This document shows, one piece after another, positions 1 to 13,039 of a stretch of DNA of 64,000 bases. Source of the DNA: Podarcis filfolensis. Lineage: Eukaryota. The notes under the pieces were generated by a model. The model ran no database searches and was not told where the DNA came from. It was given only the letters and a program-made list of their open reading frames with translations. The first letter of the stretch is position 1. Each line of letters starts with the position of its first letter. The DNA is taken from NCBI GenBank assembly GCA_964270895.1, contig OZ185447.1; one strand, written 5' to 3'. Both the position numbers and the translations under genes were made by a program.

Positions 1-350
1 TTCTAAGTCACGGGAGATGAGGTTACAACCGTAGGGTTCCTCAAGCATTTGGAGATTTCTTTTAAAAATAAAAATAAAATCACCATAGAAAGTCAGTGGC
101 CCTCATTGAGAACAAGGGGCTGGCTGTGGCTAGCTGCTGATGCTGTAGGTTCACCCTATCTGTACTTTAAAACAGCCATAACTGTTTCTAGATGAGTGTT
201 TGGAAATTTCAGTACAGAGAATTTCAGTGTACAGCTCAGGGTATGTCATGAATGGGAGCTTTGTATTCAACTAGTGGTGCAAAAGATGGCAAAAGGGGCC
301 ACAAAGGTGTGTTCTGCCCAGCAGAGTTTTGGGAACCAGCCGTAACTCAC

Positions 351-485
351 CCTGAGGAGCTCCTCATCTCCTTGCTCTTTTACAAACACTTCTTCCAGTT
401 CTTGATTGAGACCGTCAAGGCTGTTGTGCAAACAGGGGCTGATCGGTGCAACAGTCTGGGCTGGAAAGGGTGCAGGCGGGTAAAT
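351..485 (-). CDS. FAM117A: FAM117A coding exon 5 (IYPPAPFPAQTVAPISPCLHNSLDGLNQELEEVFVKEQGDEELLR); the gene continues beyond the window start
   Basis: Matches human SPCLHRSLEGLNQELEEVFVKEQGEEELLR. Acceptor ttgcag; donor AGG|GTGAGT; 135 nt. Confidence 0.95.
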
Positions 486-1736
486 CTGCAACAAGGACAT
501 CCAGCAATGTGGTAAAACAAGCCACCGACACCTTTTTTGCAAGGAAAGTATTCTCTACAGCAATGGTTCTTTAAGGGTGTGGCGAGAATGGGAAGATTCA
601 AGGAAAATCAAAGAAACATTTAAACATTTCAGTATAGTACAGTATAAAAAAATTCTTAATTTGCAGAATATGGATAGGTTTCTTTCCAAAATCAAGCACA
701 GCTAGCTGTTTCTTTTAATTTTCCAATGTATTTCTTATCACTAAAGAAATTGATTGAGGCACGAGCACATTTTTATTCTGAAAGTTTGAGACCCACTGCT
801 CTACAGCCAATCATGTCCTTCCCTAATACTGAGCTTCGAATGCTCTCCTCTTTGTTTGCCCAAGGGATATTGAGAGGTCAGGGGTTGGGGACCACGCTGA
901 CGAAGAATTCTACGAAACAGTAGTCAATATCCGGAATCACTGTTCAGTGTTGGACATCATATTTGCTGAATACACAAAGCTTCACAGCTTGTCTTCCATC
1001 GTACAAAGTCTGGTACCTCACTTCAGTTAAAGATTTTCAGAGACTTTGAGACTACAGATTTCATTTTGTACTTGTTATGGTTTGAAGGAATTCTATAAAG
1101 ATTGTCTATTGCGTATGTACATGGTCATCATGTTGCCTAGGCATTGACTGGGCCATGTGGGCAGGGGCAACAACATCTGGAAGGGCACCGGTGCATACTT
1201 AATGGGCCAGTTCCACCACTCTGGTCTGGTATGATGCAGACTCAGAGCACTGGTCCATGCAACCAGTTCCTGACCCATCTGGCAATACGCTCTCAAAGGT
1301 CTCTCCTAAGTCTTGCTTCCTAATACCCTTCTAATCACATGTCTCTCAAACACTGAACCCTCTCCTTTTTTTGGTCCAAGGGATGCCGAGAGACCTGGAT
1401 CCTGAGAAATGAACCTTGAATGCCTAGTTCAAAGGGCAGCTCAAGCACGATCACTTGAGCTTGGAGCAAGGCTCTTGACCTCCGCGTACACAACAGCCAG
1501 CACAGGCCAGTAGGAAGTGTGTGTGTGCCCCAAATTCCTCGCATTGTTTTGGGTGGGGCTGAAGAGAACGGTTTTGCCCTCCCCCGTCCTGCAAATGCAG
1601 CAGCAGAATTGAATACGTTAAACTCATTCCCAAAAATAGCCTCGAGCTCGTCTCTTGCCAACAGTCCATCGACAGCTGGACCCTGTTTTCCTCTGGCCGG
1701 ATGGGGGCAAACAAAGGAGAGGGATGCGGTGCATAC

Positions 1737-1850
1737 CTTGGCTGGCGAGAAGACACTATGATCCCCCTGGACGGGGGAGATCTGGTCTCTCTCTTTGCTA
1801 TTCCGGGCACCGAGTTTCGTTCTCTGGAGCTGCTGCTTCAGTTTGGCAAT
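1737..1850 (-). CDS. FAM117A: FAM117A coding exon 4 (IAKLKQQLQRTKLGARNSKERDQISPVQGDHSVFSPAK)
   Basis: Manual translation (not in the ORF track) matches human ISKLKQQLQRTKL...GDH. Acceptor ttccccag; donor AAG|GTATGC; 114 nt. Confidence 0.95.
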
Positions 1851-3475
1851 CTGGGGAATGAGAAGGCAACCTGCATTTAGAAGGGGAAAAGGACCTCACA
1901 ATTTCTTCTGCCCATGCGCAACGCATGACAAGCATAGGGGGCAACTTCTGCAAGGCGCCCTTCCAGTGCCGGCTTACAGCCATGGATTCGTAGAGTTGGA
2001 AGGGACCCCGAGGGTCCTTTCGCTCAAACCCCTTCAATGTAGGAAAATAAGCAGTTGTCCCACCATGCAGGAATCGAACCTGTGACCTTGGCATTCTCAG
2101 CACCATGCTCTAAGGAACTCAGCCATCTGGGATAACTTGCTGCCCAATTATCAGATCGTTCTGACAGGACCAGTCTTTCCTGGAAGGAGGTGTCACCTTT
2201 TTGAGGTGTTGTCTTTTAAGCAACTGGAAGTCACACAGCTAGGCCTGGTTTTTTGCAAACACAAGCCAGGGAAGCAGCAGCAGCAACAGCAGCTGCTCTG
2301 CTTCCTGTGGGCAATGGAGGCCTCTTGTTCGCTCTGCAGGGGGCTCCCTCTGAAATCTGTGGGGCTGTTTCTGCTGTGAGTTTATTTAAAACACCCACAC
2401 AAACACAAAGAGCATCCTTTCGAAAGGAAGAGGCAACACCTAATAACCACTATTCATGGAAAAAACACACATATATATGTATATATATGTACGTATGTAT
2501 ATATGAGAAACTCGATGCATCCAATGTGTTTTACCATATAGCTTTTGCACGGGAAGAAGCAAGCACTTCGAACTGTTTGAGAGAACCTACAGAAGGAGTT
2601 GGGAACATAGCTTATTCTCTAGGTGGCCTCTAATTTCCCTCACTGGAGAAGAGACACTGCCAGGTTTATTATATTTTGCCCTCAAAGATACTTATGTGAA
2701 ATCCATTGGGTGCATGAAACCTTGTTTAAAAAATAAATAATATTCTCCTTTTTTATTTTGAGCTAGTTCCAAGGCTTCTGCTAGGCACTGCAAGCAATGC
2801 CGAGTTAATAGACCACTAGCCTGACGTTGTCTGCAGAGTCTTGCCTCTTAAGGCAAATGGGGCGCTGCCCCACCCATCTCAGCCTGTCCTCAGCCAGCCC
2901 CTACTCCCTGCCTTCTTACTTACAATCATTACAGAGGGTGTCAGCTTACACCTCCGTATAGAACTCAACAAGGAGGATGGTAGTAAAGGCAGAATCAGCT
3001 GGCTCTGGCTCCCCCTACTGTTGGGTCCCCTGCCTTCATGCCCTACCAATGCGCAGCAGCCGCTACTGCTTTTGGTGAGTGTGGTGCCTCCTCCCTGCCA
3101 TTGCTTATGGGGATCGCAAGCAGCACTCAGCAACAGCAGCAACAACAACTGGTTTATTACTGTAAACCATGGTTTCCCAAACTTGGGCCTCCAGCTGCTT
3201 TTGGACTACAATTCCCATCATCCCTGACCGCTGGACCTGCTAGCTAGGAATGATGGGAGTTGTAGTCCAACAGCAGCTGGAGACCAAAGCTTGGGAAAGC
3301 CTAGTGGGGAAGGTTCCTTATTTGACAAAACTACCTGCCGATTTGTATTATCTGTGAAGGACTCTAATTCTGGGTTTCTGGGATGCTCAATGCAGGCCAG
3401 TGGCTGAGTTTCCTTTGTGCACTGTGCTGTGCGAGAAGCATCTTTTTTGTTTGGCTTGCTAAGCAGCTCTCTCAC

Positions 3476-3565
3476 CTCTCTGCGGTGATCCACGCTACTC
3501 CACGAGGCCGAGCGCTTATGGGCAGCGGCTTTCCCCACCTCTGCTTCGTGCCAGGACACAGGAGT
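3476..3565 (-). CDS. FAM117A: FAM117A coding exon 3 (TPVSWHEAEVGKAAAHKRSASWSSVDHRRE)
   Basis: Contains the conserved HKRSASW motif. Acceptor ttgcag; donor GAG|GTGAGA; 90 nt. Confidence 0.95.
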
Positions 3566-4138
3566 CTGCAAAGAAGGGAGCAAAGCGTTCAGCAGAGCAC
3601 AGCCAGTCCAAGCGAGTTCCAACACGGCAGTCTCCTTTGCAAGAGTCATTCTGAAAACACGCCATTGGAGGAGGAAGCGTCATGCCAAAGGGTTAATTTG
3701 TGGGACTTTGGAAAATGGAAAAAAGATCACTTTCCTACAAGAACTAAGAGTACAACCACATTGCCATGCTACCTAGGAAACTCTGGCTGCTGCTCTCAGT
3801 GCATTTGGCATCCAGGGCAGAATGCTTGGCCGGCGTTTTCCTACACAACGACGTTGGTATAAAATGTCATGGATTACACAGGCCTGGATGGAAAAAGCCC
3901 AACTAAAACTTTCAAGAAAGATTTGCGAACGACTTTCTATGCCTTCACGTCTTCCTTGCAGAGTACGATAGCCAAAATTCACAAAGAGCTTGTGTTCCAC
4001 ACAAGTTGCTTTCAGGAAAATTATCCCAGAAGTGTTCCCAGAGGAGGAAAACCTTAACTCAAGAAGAGTGTTCATCCACATTTCAGCCAGTGAAGTCCAA
4101 GTGGAGCTCCGTACCACTTCTTTTTGAGGGAGAATATA

Positions 4139-4465
4139 AACCACAGAGCCTAGGACTTTCCGATCAGAAGGTCGGCGGTTCGAATCCCCGCGACGGGGTG
4201 AGCTCCCGTTGCTCAGTCCCTGCTCCTGCCAACCTAGCAGTTCGAAAGCACGTCAAAGTGCAAGTAGATAAATAAGTACCGCTCTAGCGGGAAGGTAAAC
4301 GGCGTTTCCGTGCGCTGCTCTGGTTCGCCAGAAGTGGCTTAGTCATGCTGGCCACATGACCCGGAAGCTGTATGCCGGCTCCCTTGGCCAATAAAGCGAG
4401 ATGAGTGCCACAACCTCAGAGTCGGCCACGACTGGACCTAATGGTCAGGGGTCCCTTTACCTTTA
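4139..4465 (+). mobile_element. 5'-truncated Sauria SINE
   Basis: Colinear and highly similar to the copy at 36324, starting at aaaccacagagcc. Confidence 0.93.
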
Positions 4466-4912
4466 GGGCTGGGCGATATATAATCAAAAACCGGTTTGGA
4501 GTCCATATCGTGATTATCAGTTTCACAATTTTCGACCTGGCAATGTATTGCAAATCTTGATGGGTGTGTACTATGCAAAAATCACCAAGTGTGAAAAACT
4601 GGAGGCCGCCAAGGCATCTCTCGATTCCTGCAACCTCTGTTAACTCTGGTGGCTCAGCTCTCCCCTGCCTCATACAGGGGGGCAGCGAATCACAAGAGCA
4701 GGTGCCGGCAAAAATCACAACGTGAGAAAAACTGGAAAGGCAACCAACACTTCTACATGCCACCATCCTTATTTCAGACATCGTGATATATCCTTGAGAC
4801 CTCCGGGTATAAGACAGTATATGAATTCAATAAATAATAATAATACCTGTATTTTGTGATGTTTAGCTGGTGATATATCACAATGTTGAAAGCCAGATAT
4901 CGCCCAGCCCTA
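4464..4912. mobile_element. hAT-type MITE (TIR TAGGGCTGGGCGATAT)
   Basis: 16-bp terminal inverted repeats; right end homologous to the right end of 12265-12871. Confidence 0.85.
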
Positions 4913-5403
4913 CTTCCCACATAGCCCTGCAATAACATTTCCAGCAAACCTATAGGCTTCCATGCTTGGGTCTTTATTTAGGAACCGTAGCCCATCACGT
5001 CACAAAGTCTCAGGGCAATTTAACACTGCATGTACACAAAACAAACTCTTAAGAAAAATAAGCCAAATGCTACAAGCAAAATCCTAATAGATTCCAAGTA
5101 AAGGTGACAATGAAATTAAGTTACTATAGGCAGAACATTATTTAAAGACTAAGGAAAAGCCTTATATTCATTTTATGACACCCAGCAGCTCTCATTCAAT
5201 CTCCGTGACCTGCCTGGAAATTTATTATTATTTATTAAATTTATATAAATTTATCAAAAGATCCCAGGGCGGTGGTACAACATTAAATCCACATCACAGA
5301 ACATCGGTAATGAAAACATAATAAAAAGCATACTGATATAAAGCCTAATAATAAAATAGTCATCATCATAAGTCCCACACTTTCACAGGCCATACATAGA
5401 CTA

Positions 5404-6294
5404 CCGTATTTTTCGCTCCCGACCATAACACGCACATAGTTTTTAGAGGAGGAAAACAAGAAAAAAAATATTCTAAATTAAACAGTGGATGTCTGATTTT
5501 TGTGATTCATGCTGTGGCCACAGACATGTGATCTGACGGTGAGTTTGGGGTAGCCCAATGCAAAAATCCTGAGGATCCATGTGGATCCAGGCTTTGTAAC
5601 CATGTTTTTGCACCACTGTGGCGCCAGGCAACAGTGGGTACGTGATTTTTTTGGTGCAAGCTGTAGCCATGGACATGCTATGTGATCTGATGGTGAGTTT
5701 GGGGTGACCCAGTGCAAAAATCCTGAGGATCCATGTGGATCCGTGTTTTGTAACCACGTTTTAAGTGGGGAGGGAAGGAAAAGCACTCAAGGGACAAGGA
5801 GCACGCGTGGGGTGTGTGGAGAAGGATGCTGCTAATAATGCAGAAGAGGGGTATAAGAGGAGAAGGCTCCTCTCCTCTCCCACTTTGCTCCTTTAAAGAA
5901 AGCAGGCTCTTTTTCTCTCCCTCCTCCCCGGCTCGCTGAAAAACTTTGCTGCTATTTAGCCAGCTGAGTGGGGAGGAGAGAGGGACAGAGAGCCTGCTTG
6001 CTTTAAAGGAGCCAACTGGACAGGAGCCGCTTACGCTCCTCTCCTCTCCTGCTTTGCTCCTTTAAAGCAAGCAGGCTTTCTGTCCCTCTCTCCTCCCCAC
6101 TCAGCGGCTCTTCTCCTGCTTTGCTGTTTCAAAGCGAGCCACGGAGGAGGGAAGGAAGGGGAACCATGGATCCTCTGCTTACAACTGCAGCAGATCCCCC
6201 CGCCATCTGTAGGCATTCGCTCCATAACACGCACAGACATTTCCCCTTACTTTCTAGGAGGAAAAAAGTGAGTGTTCTGGAGCAAAAAATACGG
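5404..6294. mobile_element. Tc1/mariner-superfamily (Tc2-like) non-autonomous element
   Basis: TIRs CCGTATTTTTCGCTCC...GGAGCAAAAAATACGG flanked by TA dinucleotides. Confidence 0.85.
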
Positions 6295-8204
6295 TATTTA
6301 ATAGCCATAGGCCTGGGTAAAGAGGAATGTTTTTGCCTGGCTCCTAAAGACATGTAATGATGGTGCCAGGTGAGCCTCTCTGGGGAGAACATTCCATAGA
6401 TGGGGAGCCACCACAGAAAAGGCCCGTTCTCTTGTTGCCACCCTCCGAACCTCTCTCGGATGGGGGGGCATAGAGAAGGGCCTCAGGTGACAAGCGAAGG
6501 GTCTGGGTCGGTTTGTATGGCGAGAGGCGATCCTTAATGGTGAGCATTGCACTTGTCTGTTTCCTGCTATTCAAGGGGTTTGCCATGCAAGGACTGCTGG
6601 CCTATGATATCAACGGCCCTCAAGGTGGGGCTGCACAGAAGCAAAGGAAGTGGCGGTGGCAGAATTGACTAAGTTCGGGCAAGCGCTTGCAGACAAGTGG
6701 CTTGCCAGACCCCCAGCATTCAAGGCCCCCCCCCCGATTTACAGGACAAGCCACCCTGTCCTACAACCCAGGTGGCTGGGCTGCTGGGACACGTTACGCT
6801 TCCATCTTGTGGGGCATACTCCAAGAACAGCAGCAACTGAGCAATACCAGTGCAGAGAAAGCTATTAAGGACCAATCACCCTAGAGCTCTGCACTCAAGA
6901 CCATGGTCTGGGGACAGCTCTGTTTCTCCGGTTGGTCCAGCTGCCAAGGCAGCAGAAGGGGCTTTTCTATCAGCAAGACCGGCCTCCCTAGAAAGGCTGT
7001 TGTAAAACAGGAAATCTGGCAGCCATTTCTTATGTTTTTTTGTTTAAACAGCCCTGTTGAATAACCCTGCAGCAGCAAAGGATGCCCTAGGCTGGAAAGT
7101 TAGTTCGAACCGCTGCAAATCCTGACTGGTACAGGCCTTGCAAGTGGCGGGAGAGGAGTTGCAAGGGGCAGGACCCAGACATTTTGTGGAACTGTAGAAT
7201 GCCAATGACTCCCCCCTGGCCCCCACTTCATGCCAGGAAAAAAATGTGCCCACAAGTGTTGATGCGGAGCCAAGAGTTGCCGCCCAACCCTTCAGCAAAG
7301 CTTTTCGGGAGCAGGAGCAAATAGCAACTGCCACTCGAGGTATTTTTAAAACCTCGAGATAAACCCTTATCTTTCAAGTTATGGAGCGCCGGTCACGAGG
7401 GGGAAATTCCACCCATGCCACCGGTGTGGGGGAGGCTAACACACACACACACACACACCCCGTGCGGCAGCGATGTCTCAAAAAACTATTTGCAGGTGAA
7501 ACTGCTGCACCCCGGTGCAAGCCTCCTGCCCCGGCTGCAAGAACGGCTGAGCTGCCCTGCCTGGAAATCCCACATCATGTTGCAGCGGAGAGCCCAGAAA
7601 GCATTGTTTTATTTTGCTTCGTTGCTGAAATGCACATCGGCCGGCAGATTTCATGCTCATTTGCGCTCAAGGAAAGCTGTAGGCTGCCTCCATTCCTAAA
7701 GTGTACACAAGAGCTTGGAGGAGTATATGGAACAAAACATTGCTCTAAAAAGAATATGTTGATATGCATGGATTAAGTATGTAAAGCATCAGTGAGAACA
7801 ATAATTAGAAGTGGCCATAAGAGATGTATTGTCCAAAGAATGCAATGACAGTATTTAAATTTGAGCCAAAGGAAGTCTAGTTGTGGTGGAGGGAAGTCAT
7901 GGGGGTATGTAGCGTTAATGTTACAGAGAACCAGGCAGAGGGCCTTCTCGGTAGTGGCACCCGCCCTGTGGAACGCCCTCCCACCACATGTCAAAGAGAA
8001 CAACAACCAGCAGACTTTTAGAAGACATCTGAAGGCAGCCCTGTTTAGGGAAGCTTTTAATGTTTGATGCATGACTGTATTTTAATATTTTGTTGGAAGC
8101 CGCCCAGTGGGGTATAAATAATAAAGTATTGTTACTGTATTATTATTATTATTTGCAGCATAGGGGGGTACATGTATTTTCTTTAGTTTAATTTTGTATT
8201 AGTA

Positions 8205-8446
8205 CAGTGGTACCTCCGGTTAAGTACTTAATTTGTTCCGGAGGTCGGTTCTTAACCTGAAGCTTTTCTTAAACTGACGCACCACTTTAGCTAATGGGGC
8301 CTCCTGCTGCTGCCGCGCCGCCAGAGCACAATTTCTGTTCTCATCCTGAAGCAAAGTTCTTAACCCGAGGTACTATTTCTGGGTTAGCGGAGTCTGTAAC
8401 CTGAAGCGTATGTAACCTGAAACATATGTAACCCGAGGTGCCACTG
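8205..8446. mobile_element. Tigger-like MITE (TIR CAGTGGTACCTC, TA TSD), orientation A
   Basis: TIRs and TA flanks; multi-copy in the window. Confidence 0.9.
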
Positions 8447-9535
8447 TATTAGTTTACTTGATTTTAATTTTCTGTAACATTTATTAAGAAATAAATAATA
8501 ATCAAATAAAAATAATAAAGTGTGCACTGGCTAGGGGGTGGAGAGGGAATGTGGGGCAGGAGAGAACACCCCACACACACAAGCTGCAAGCTCTTGGTGC
8601 TGCTGCCAAGGGGGAGGCCTGGCTTTGAGCACCCTGCCCCTGCAGGCCCAGCCTTCTGCCATGAGGCAGGAAGTTTCCAAACACGTTATTCTAGTGGTGG
8701 CCAAACAGCTTCCGCCGAGCAGGAGAGAAGGGGAGGAAAGTGCTTTGAGAAGACAACCACAAGGTCTGAAACCACAAGGTCAGATAATCTGCAGGGAAGG
8801 GCGTGCCTCTCGAGCCTCATCCCCAAGGCTATAAATATAAATAAATCCTTTGTCTTCACAGCAGAAAGCCAGCCACAGCACCCACAGAACGGCAGGAGGT
8901 TTGGGAGGCTCTGTTGAAACGTTAAACCAGCTCTTGCACACAAGAGAAAAAAAGGATTTCAGGCACTCGCTTCACCTGCGACCTGAGCTTGCGCAGTTTA
9001 CCCCAAGATCCCCACGCTTTCCCCATGGGGGAGAGGCGGCGAAGTGGGCACAGCACCAGAACGGCAGGCTGCACAAAGAACGTGCCGGCCTTGGGCTAGG
9101 GAGACTCGGGTTCAAGCCCTCGGCTGGCCCAGGCTCTCAACCAAGCTTATCTAAAAGGGTTGTTGCAAGGATGAAAATGGGGCAAGCCCCAAGTTCCTTG
9201 GTCTGGGGCAGGTTCAGTAAGGAAGCCTTTGTGGTTGTCCAGACTGGCTGCGCGTCTTGGCTAAACCAACATTACAGTCACTGTGCAAGGGCTACCCTAG
9301 ACCTGCCTTGCACAGGTGGACTTGCATAGCTCTGATCCAACGTCTTCTGTAAGGGTCATAGGTCAGGACTAGAGCAGCTACTTTTCATGCAGAAGGTCCC
9401 AGGTTCCATCCTCGTCTTCTCTACCTAAGCTTGGGAAGACCCACATCAGAAAAGCCTTGCAGGCTGCTGCCAATCAGTGTTGGCAATGCTAGATGGACTA
9501 CAGGTCCGACTCAATCTAAGGAAGCTTCCCATGTA

Positions 9536-9761
9536 CAGTGGTACCTCGGGTTAAGTACTTAATTCGTTCCGGAGGTCCGTTCTTAACCTGAAACTGTTCT
9601 TAACCCGAAGCACCACTTTAGCTAATGGGGCCTCCTTCTGCCGCCGCGCCGCTGGGGCCCTATTTCTGTTCTTATCCTGAAGCAAAGTTCTTAACCTGAA
9701 GCACTATTTCTGGGTTAGCGGAGTCTGTAACCTGAAGCGTATGTAACCTGAGGTATCACTG
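9536..9761. mobile_element. Tigger-like MITE, orientation A
   Basis: TIRs and TA flanks. Confidence 0.9.
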
Positions 9762-11198
9762 TACTTCTCTGGCCACCCGGATCAGCAGATGCCATAGGGC
9801 TGTAGGTTCCAACATCACAGGAGACTCAAGGCCTGGTTCTTGAAGAAGCAGTCAAATTGCAGGAAGACTCCACTGCTTCACGTACTCCTGCAGGCACTCC
9901 CAACTCCCTGCACTTGGAAGTCTAGCATGTCAGGAAGAAAGGGTCATTCAAGTTCTCCATGCGAAGGAGTTTCATTTTTATAAAAGCCTATTCAGCAACG
10001 TGAGACTCCACACATGGTTTGAAGAGGTATGGCACAGGCACACATTTACCGCTGCACCGAAAACCAGCCCTAAGTCTGGCCAGGAGGGACAGCACGCTTG
10101 GTGATGGCACCGCCATTTTGGAATTCTATCCCCAGGGAAACCTGCCCAGCCACTGCTTTGCAGCTTCAGGCTCCCGATTAACAGGTTTGTTTTTCCAGGA
10201 TTTAATACCTTGGAGGCGAGTTATGTTGTATTTTTATAGCTTCGCTGGGCTGCTTTTCCAGCTCCCGCCATGCTGTTAACTTTGCCTAATGGTGGGTTGT
10301 TGTTGTTGTTTATGGATCTGCCTCCTTTCCAAGCTGTTGCTACTCCGAGTACCTCTCTTAATGGATGAAACGTTGAACCCTGCAGGGAGCCACTCAAGCT
10401 AATGTACCTATTTGGTCACTGCTTGCGAGGCTGGTTTTGTAACACGCTCTCTATCTAGGCACTCCAATTAAAAAGGCTAGATTCATCTCCAGCTGAAAGG
10501 GGCCGAGGCTGTCCTTTTGTCTCAGAAGGACCATTTGTTGCTCTGCAGAAATATTTATGGGTTGCCAAGGCTTCCTCGATGGCTGGAGGCTCCCCGCTCC
10601 ATCCGGGAGCACACACGCCTCGCACTGAGCAAGCCTCTCTTCCATCGCAAGAGCCCTCGATATCAGAAGCAGCGCATGGCACACAGCCCTGAGCAATGTT
10701 ATATAAGGGTTTTGGCCCAGGGCGGCGAGCCGAGCTGAAAGAGCCTCGGAGCACTGAGCCCCATTCCAGGAGGACAGCTGCCTCTGCAACAAAAGCCAAG
10801 GAAAAGTCAAGCTTTGCCTCTAACCAGCAGAAGCACAACAGGGAAGGCCTTCCCTAGAAAGCCAGACACAAAGAGCAGGGCTTGAGACTTAGGAGAGCAC
10901 TCTCACTCAGCCTGGGCATGCATGCATTTTGCAGGGAAAGGCATTTAGACTTCTAGTTTACCCGGCTCAATGTTTTCCAGCAGAATTTTTTCCCCACAAT
11001 CTAAGTTGAATTTTAAAAGTCCAGCTTAAACCCTTGCACATCTGGTTTTACAAGAGGGTTGCAAAACAGTGACCGGGATATTCCCCTCCCCGGGTGCATA
11101 GCCTTGGTTTAGCTTCAGCCAAAGGGAAAGGAGGCTGGGCAATGCTGTTGCTGAACAAAAGATGGTCCCCTGTGGGGAGGCACTGAGGGTTCTCAGTA

Positions 11199-11440
11199 CA
11201 GTGGTACCTCGAGTTACATATGCTTCAGGTTACAGACGCTTCAGGTTACAGACTCCGCTAACCCAGAAATAGTACCTCGGGTTAAGAACTTTGCTTCAGG
11301 ATGAGAACAGAAATCGTGCTCCAGTGGCGCGGCAGCAGCAGGAGGCCCCATTAGCTAAAGTGGTGCTTCAGGTTAAGAACAGCTTCAGGTTAAAAACGGA
11401 CTTCCAGAACGAATTAAGTTCTTAACCCGAGGTACCACTG
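11199..11440. mobile_element. Tigger-like MITE, orientation B
   Basis: TIRs and TA flanks; reverse complement of the copy at 9536. Confidence 0.9.
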
Positions 11441-11712
11441 TACAGTCGCAGGCTGTTGGAGACAGCCCTCACTCCAAGCGCAGCAAATCCATTTCTGCTC
11501 ATGGGTTGTTTTCTCCAGGTTGGGGGTATTGCTGTTTGGCGCAAAAGACACAAACAGCACACACAGTTTTATTTTTAAGTACTTTCGTTTCCGACTTCAG
11601 GCCCCACTTTAAAGTTCCTTAATGCTTCCTACTCTTCCTTACCATGTACAGCCACCAAATGTGGAGACAGAATATGGGTTGTAGCGTTGGAAGGGACCCT
11701 GAGGATCTAGTC

Positions 11713-11811
11713 CAGGCTTCCTCCCTCTCGGCCCTCCAGATGCTTTCGGCCTACAACTAGCTAGCAGGACCAGTGCTCAGGGATGATGGGAATTGTAGTT
11801 GAGGAAGCCTG
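11713..11811. mobile_element. 99-bp internally deleted hAT MITE nested in a tRNA-derived SINE
   Basis: TIR CAGGCTTCCTC...GAGGAAGCCTG; perfect TSD ATCTAGTC; interrupts a minus-strand SINE at about 11676-11885. Confidence 0.88.
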
Positions 11812-12264
11812 ATCTAGTCCAACCCCCTGCCAATACAGGAATAGTCAGCTGTCCCATACGGGGATTGAACCTGTAACCTGATAATTAGAACAAAGAGGTT
11901 ACGTTCAGCTACTGGGTTGAATGCCTGGGAAGGGCACACCTGTCTTTTGCCTGTCTCTCCAACCAAACAGTCCGGTCGCACCCTTTAAGGACTAACAGAC
12001 ATATTAAATGCTTTTGTGGAGTGTAGCAAGGATGGGGAACCTGCGGCACTCCAGATGCAGCTGGACTGCAACGCTTGTTGCCCGTCATCCAGCAACTGAT
12101 GCCTCCTTAGCAACCGCCTCTCGCTTCCCCATCAAGCACTGTCTGCTTGACAACCGTGTGGGCTGCAAGTAAGATGAAAGCAGAGGTTCTTCAGATCACC
12201 TGCATCGCCACAGAAGCCAAACCCCGTGGTTGTGCAACACAACTGCAAAGCAGCCCCTCCAGGC

Positions 12265-12871
12265 TAGGCCTGGGCGATATATCAATATATCACCCAGGAC
12301 CGGGATGAGGAGCAGACCGCGATGTCGACTTCACTCAGCAGTATATTGCTGGTGAAACTGACACCGCCTCCGAGTCCCTCTACTAGCGACTTCCTCCAGC
12401 AAGCGCTACTAGCAGAGGGACTTGATGGCGGTTTCACCAGCGATATATCATACTGTGCAGAGGGAGGAAAAAAATCTGCATTGGTGAGGCGCCGATACAG
12501 CTTGTTCCTCCCTCTGCATCTTTTAAGTGCACAGCTGAGGAGTAGGCTAACCTCAGCCGAACAGTTAAAGGATCCGCCAGCCCAGTGCTGGCTCTCACAC
12601 AAACGGGGAGAGCACCAGGGATGGCTCAGTGGGGGCTCGGGAGCCCTCCCACGCCCCAGCTGAGCTGCACAAACAAACTGCCTTGTCCCAGTCTGCTAGG
12701 GAAGCGGCGAAGCTGCCTCAGTTCCCACGGTGAGAGCTGCGGCAATTTCAACCGTGCCTCGCAAGCGGAGGCCAATGCAGCTTGTTTTTCAACATCGTGG
12801 TATATCGCCCGACCGCGATGTTTGGCTGGTGATATACCGCGATGCTGAAAAGCTGTTATCGCCCAGCCCTA
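12265..12871. mobile_element. hAT-type MITE with perfect 8-bp TSD CTCCAGGC
   Basis: TIRs TAGGCCTGGGCGATA...TATCGCCCAGCCCTA; TSD at 12257-12264 and 12872-12879. Confidence 0.92.
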
Positions 12872-13039
12872 CTCCAGGCATCTCTTGCCTATAGCCAAGG
12901 ACCACTCCTGGTCCCCCAAGACTTTGCATGGTGTTTACTGGGGCTGGGCACCAAGATCGCCATACTGCAGACAGAACTGTACGGGACTTGGCAACAAATT
13001 GGAAGTTTGCAATAAGGAAGGGGACAGTGGTGGGGTGAG

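Noticed and set aside
7335-7359. Short palindrome ctcgaggt...acctcgag
   Set aside because: An 8-bp stem is at chance level and has no supporting context.
7402-11085. Isolated NF-kB-like sites (GGGAAATTCC near 7402; GGGATATTCCC near 11075)
   Set aside because: Single motifs without clustering, and the second probably lies in an old repeat.
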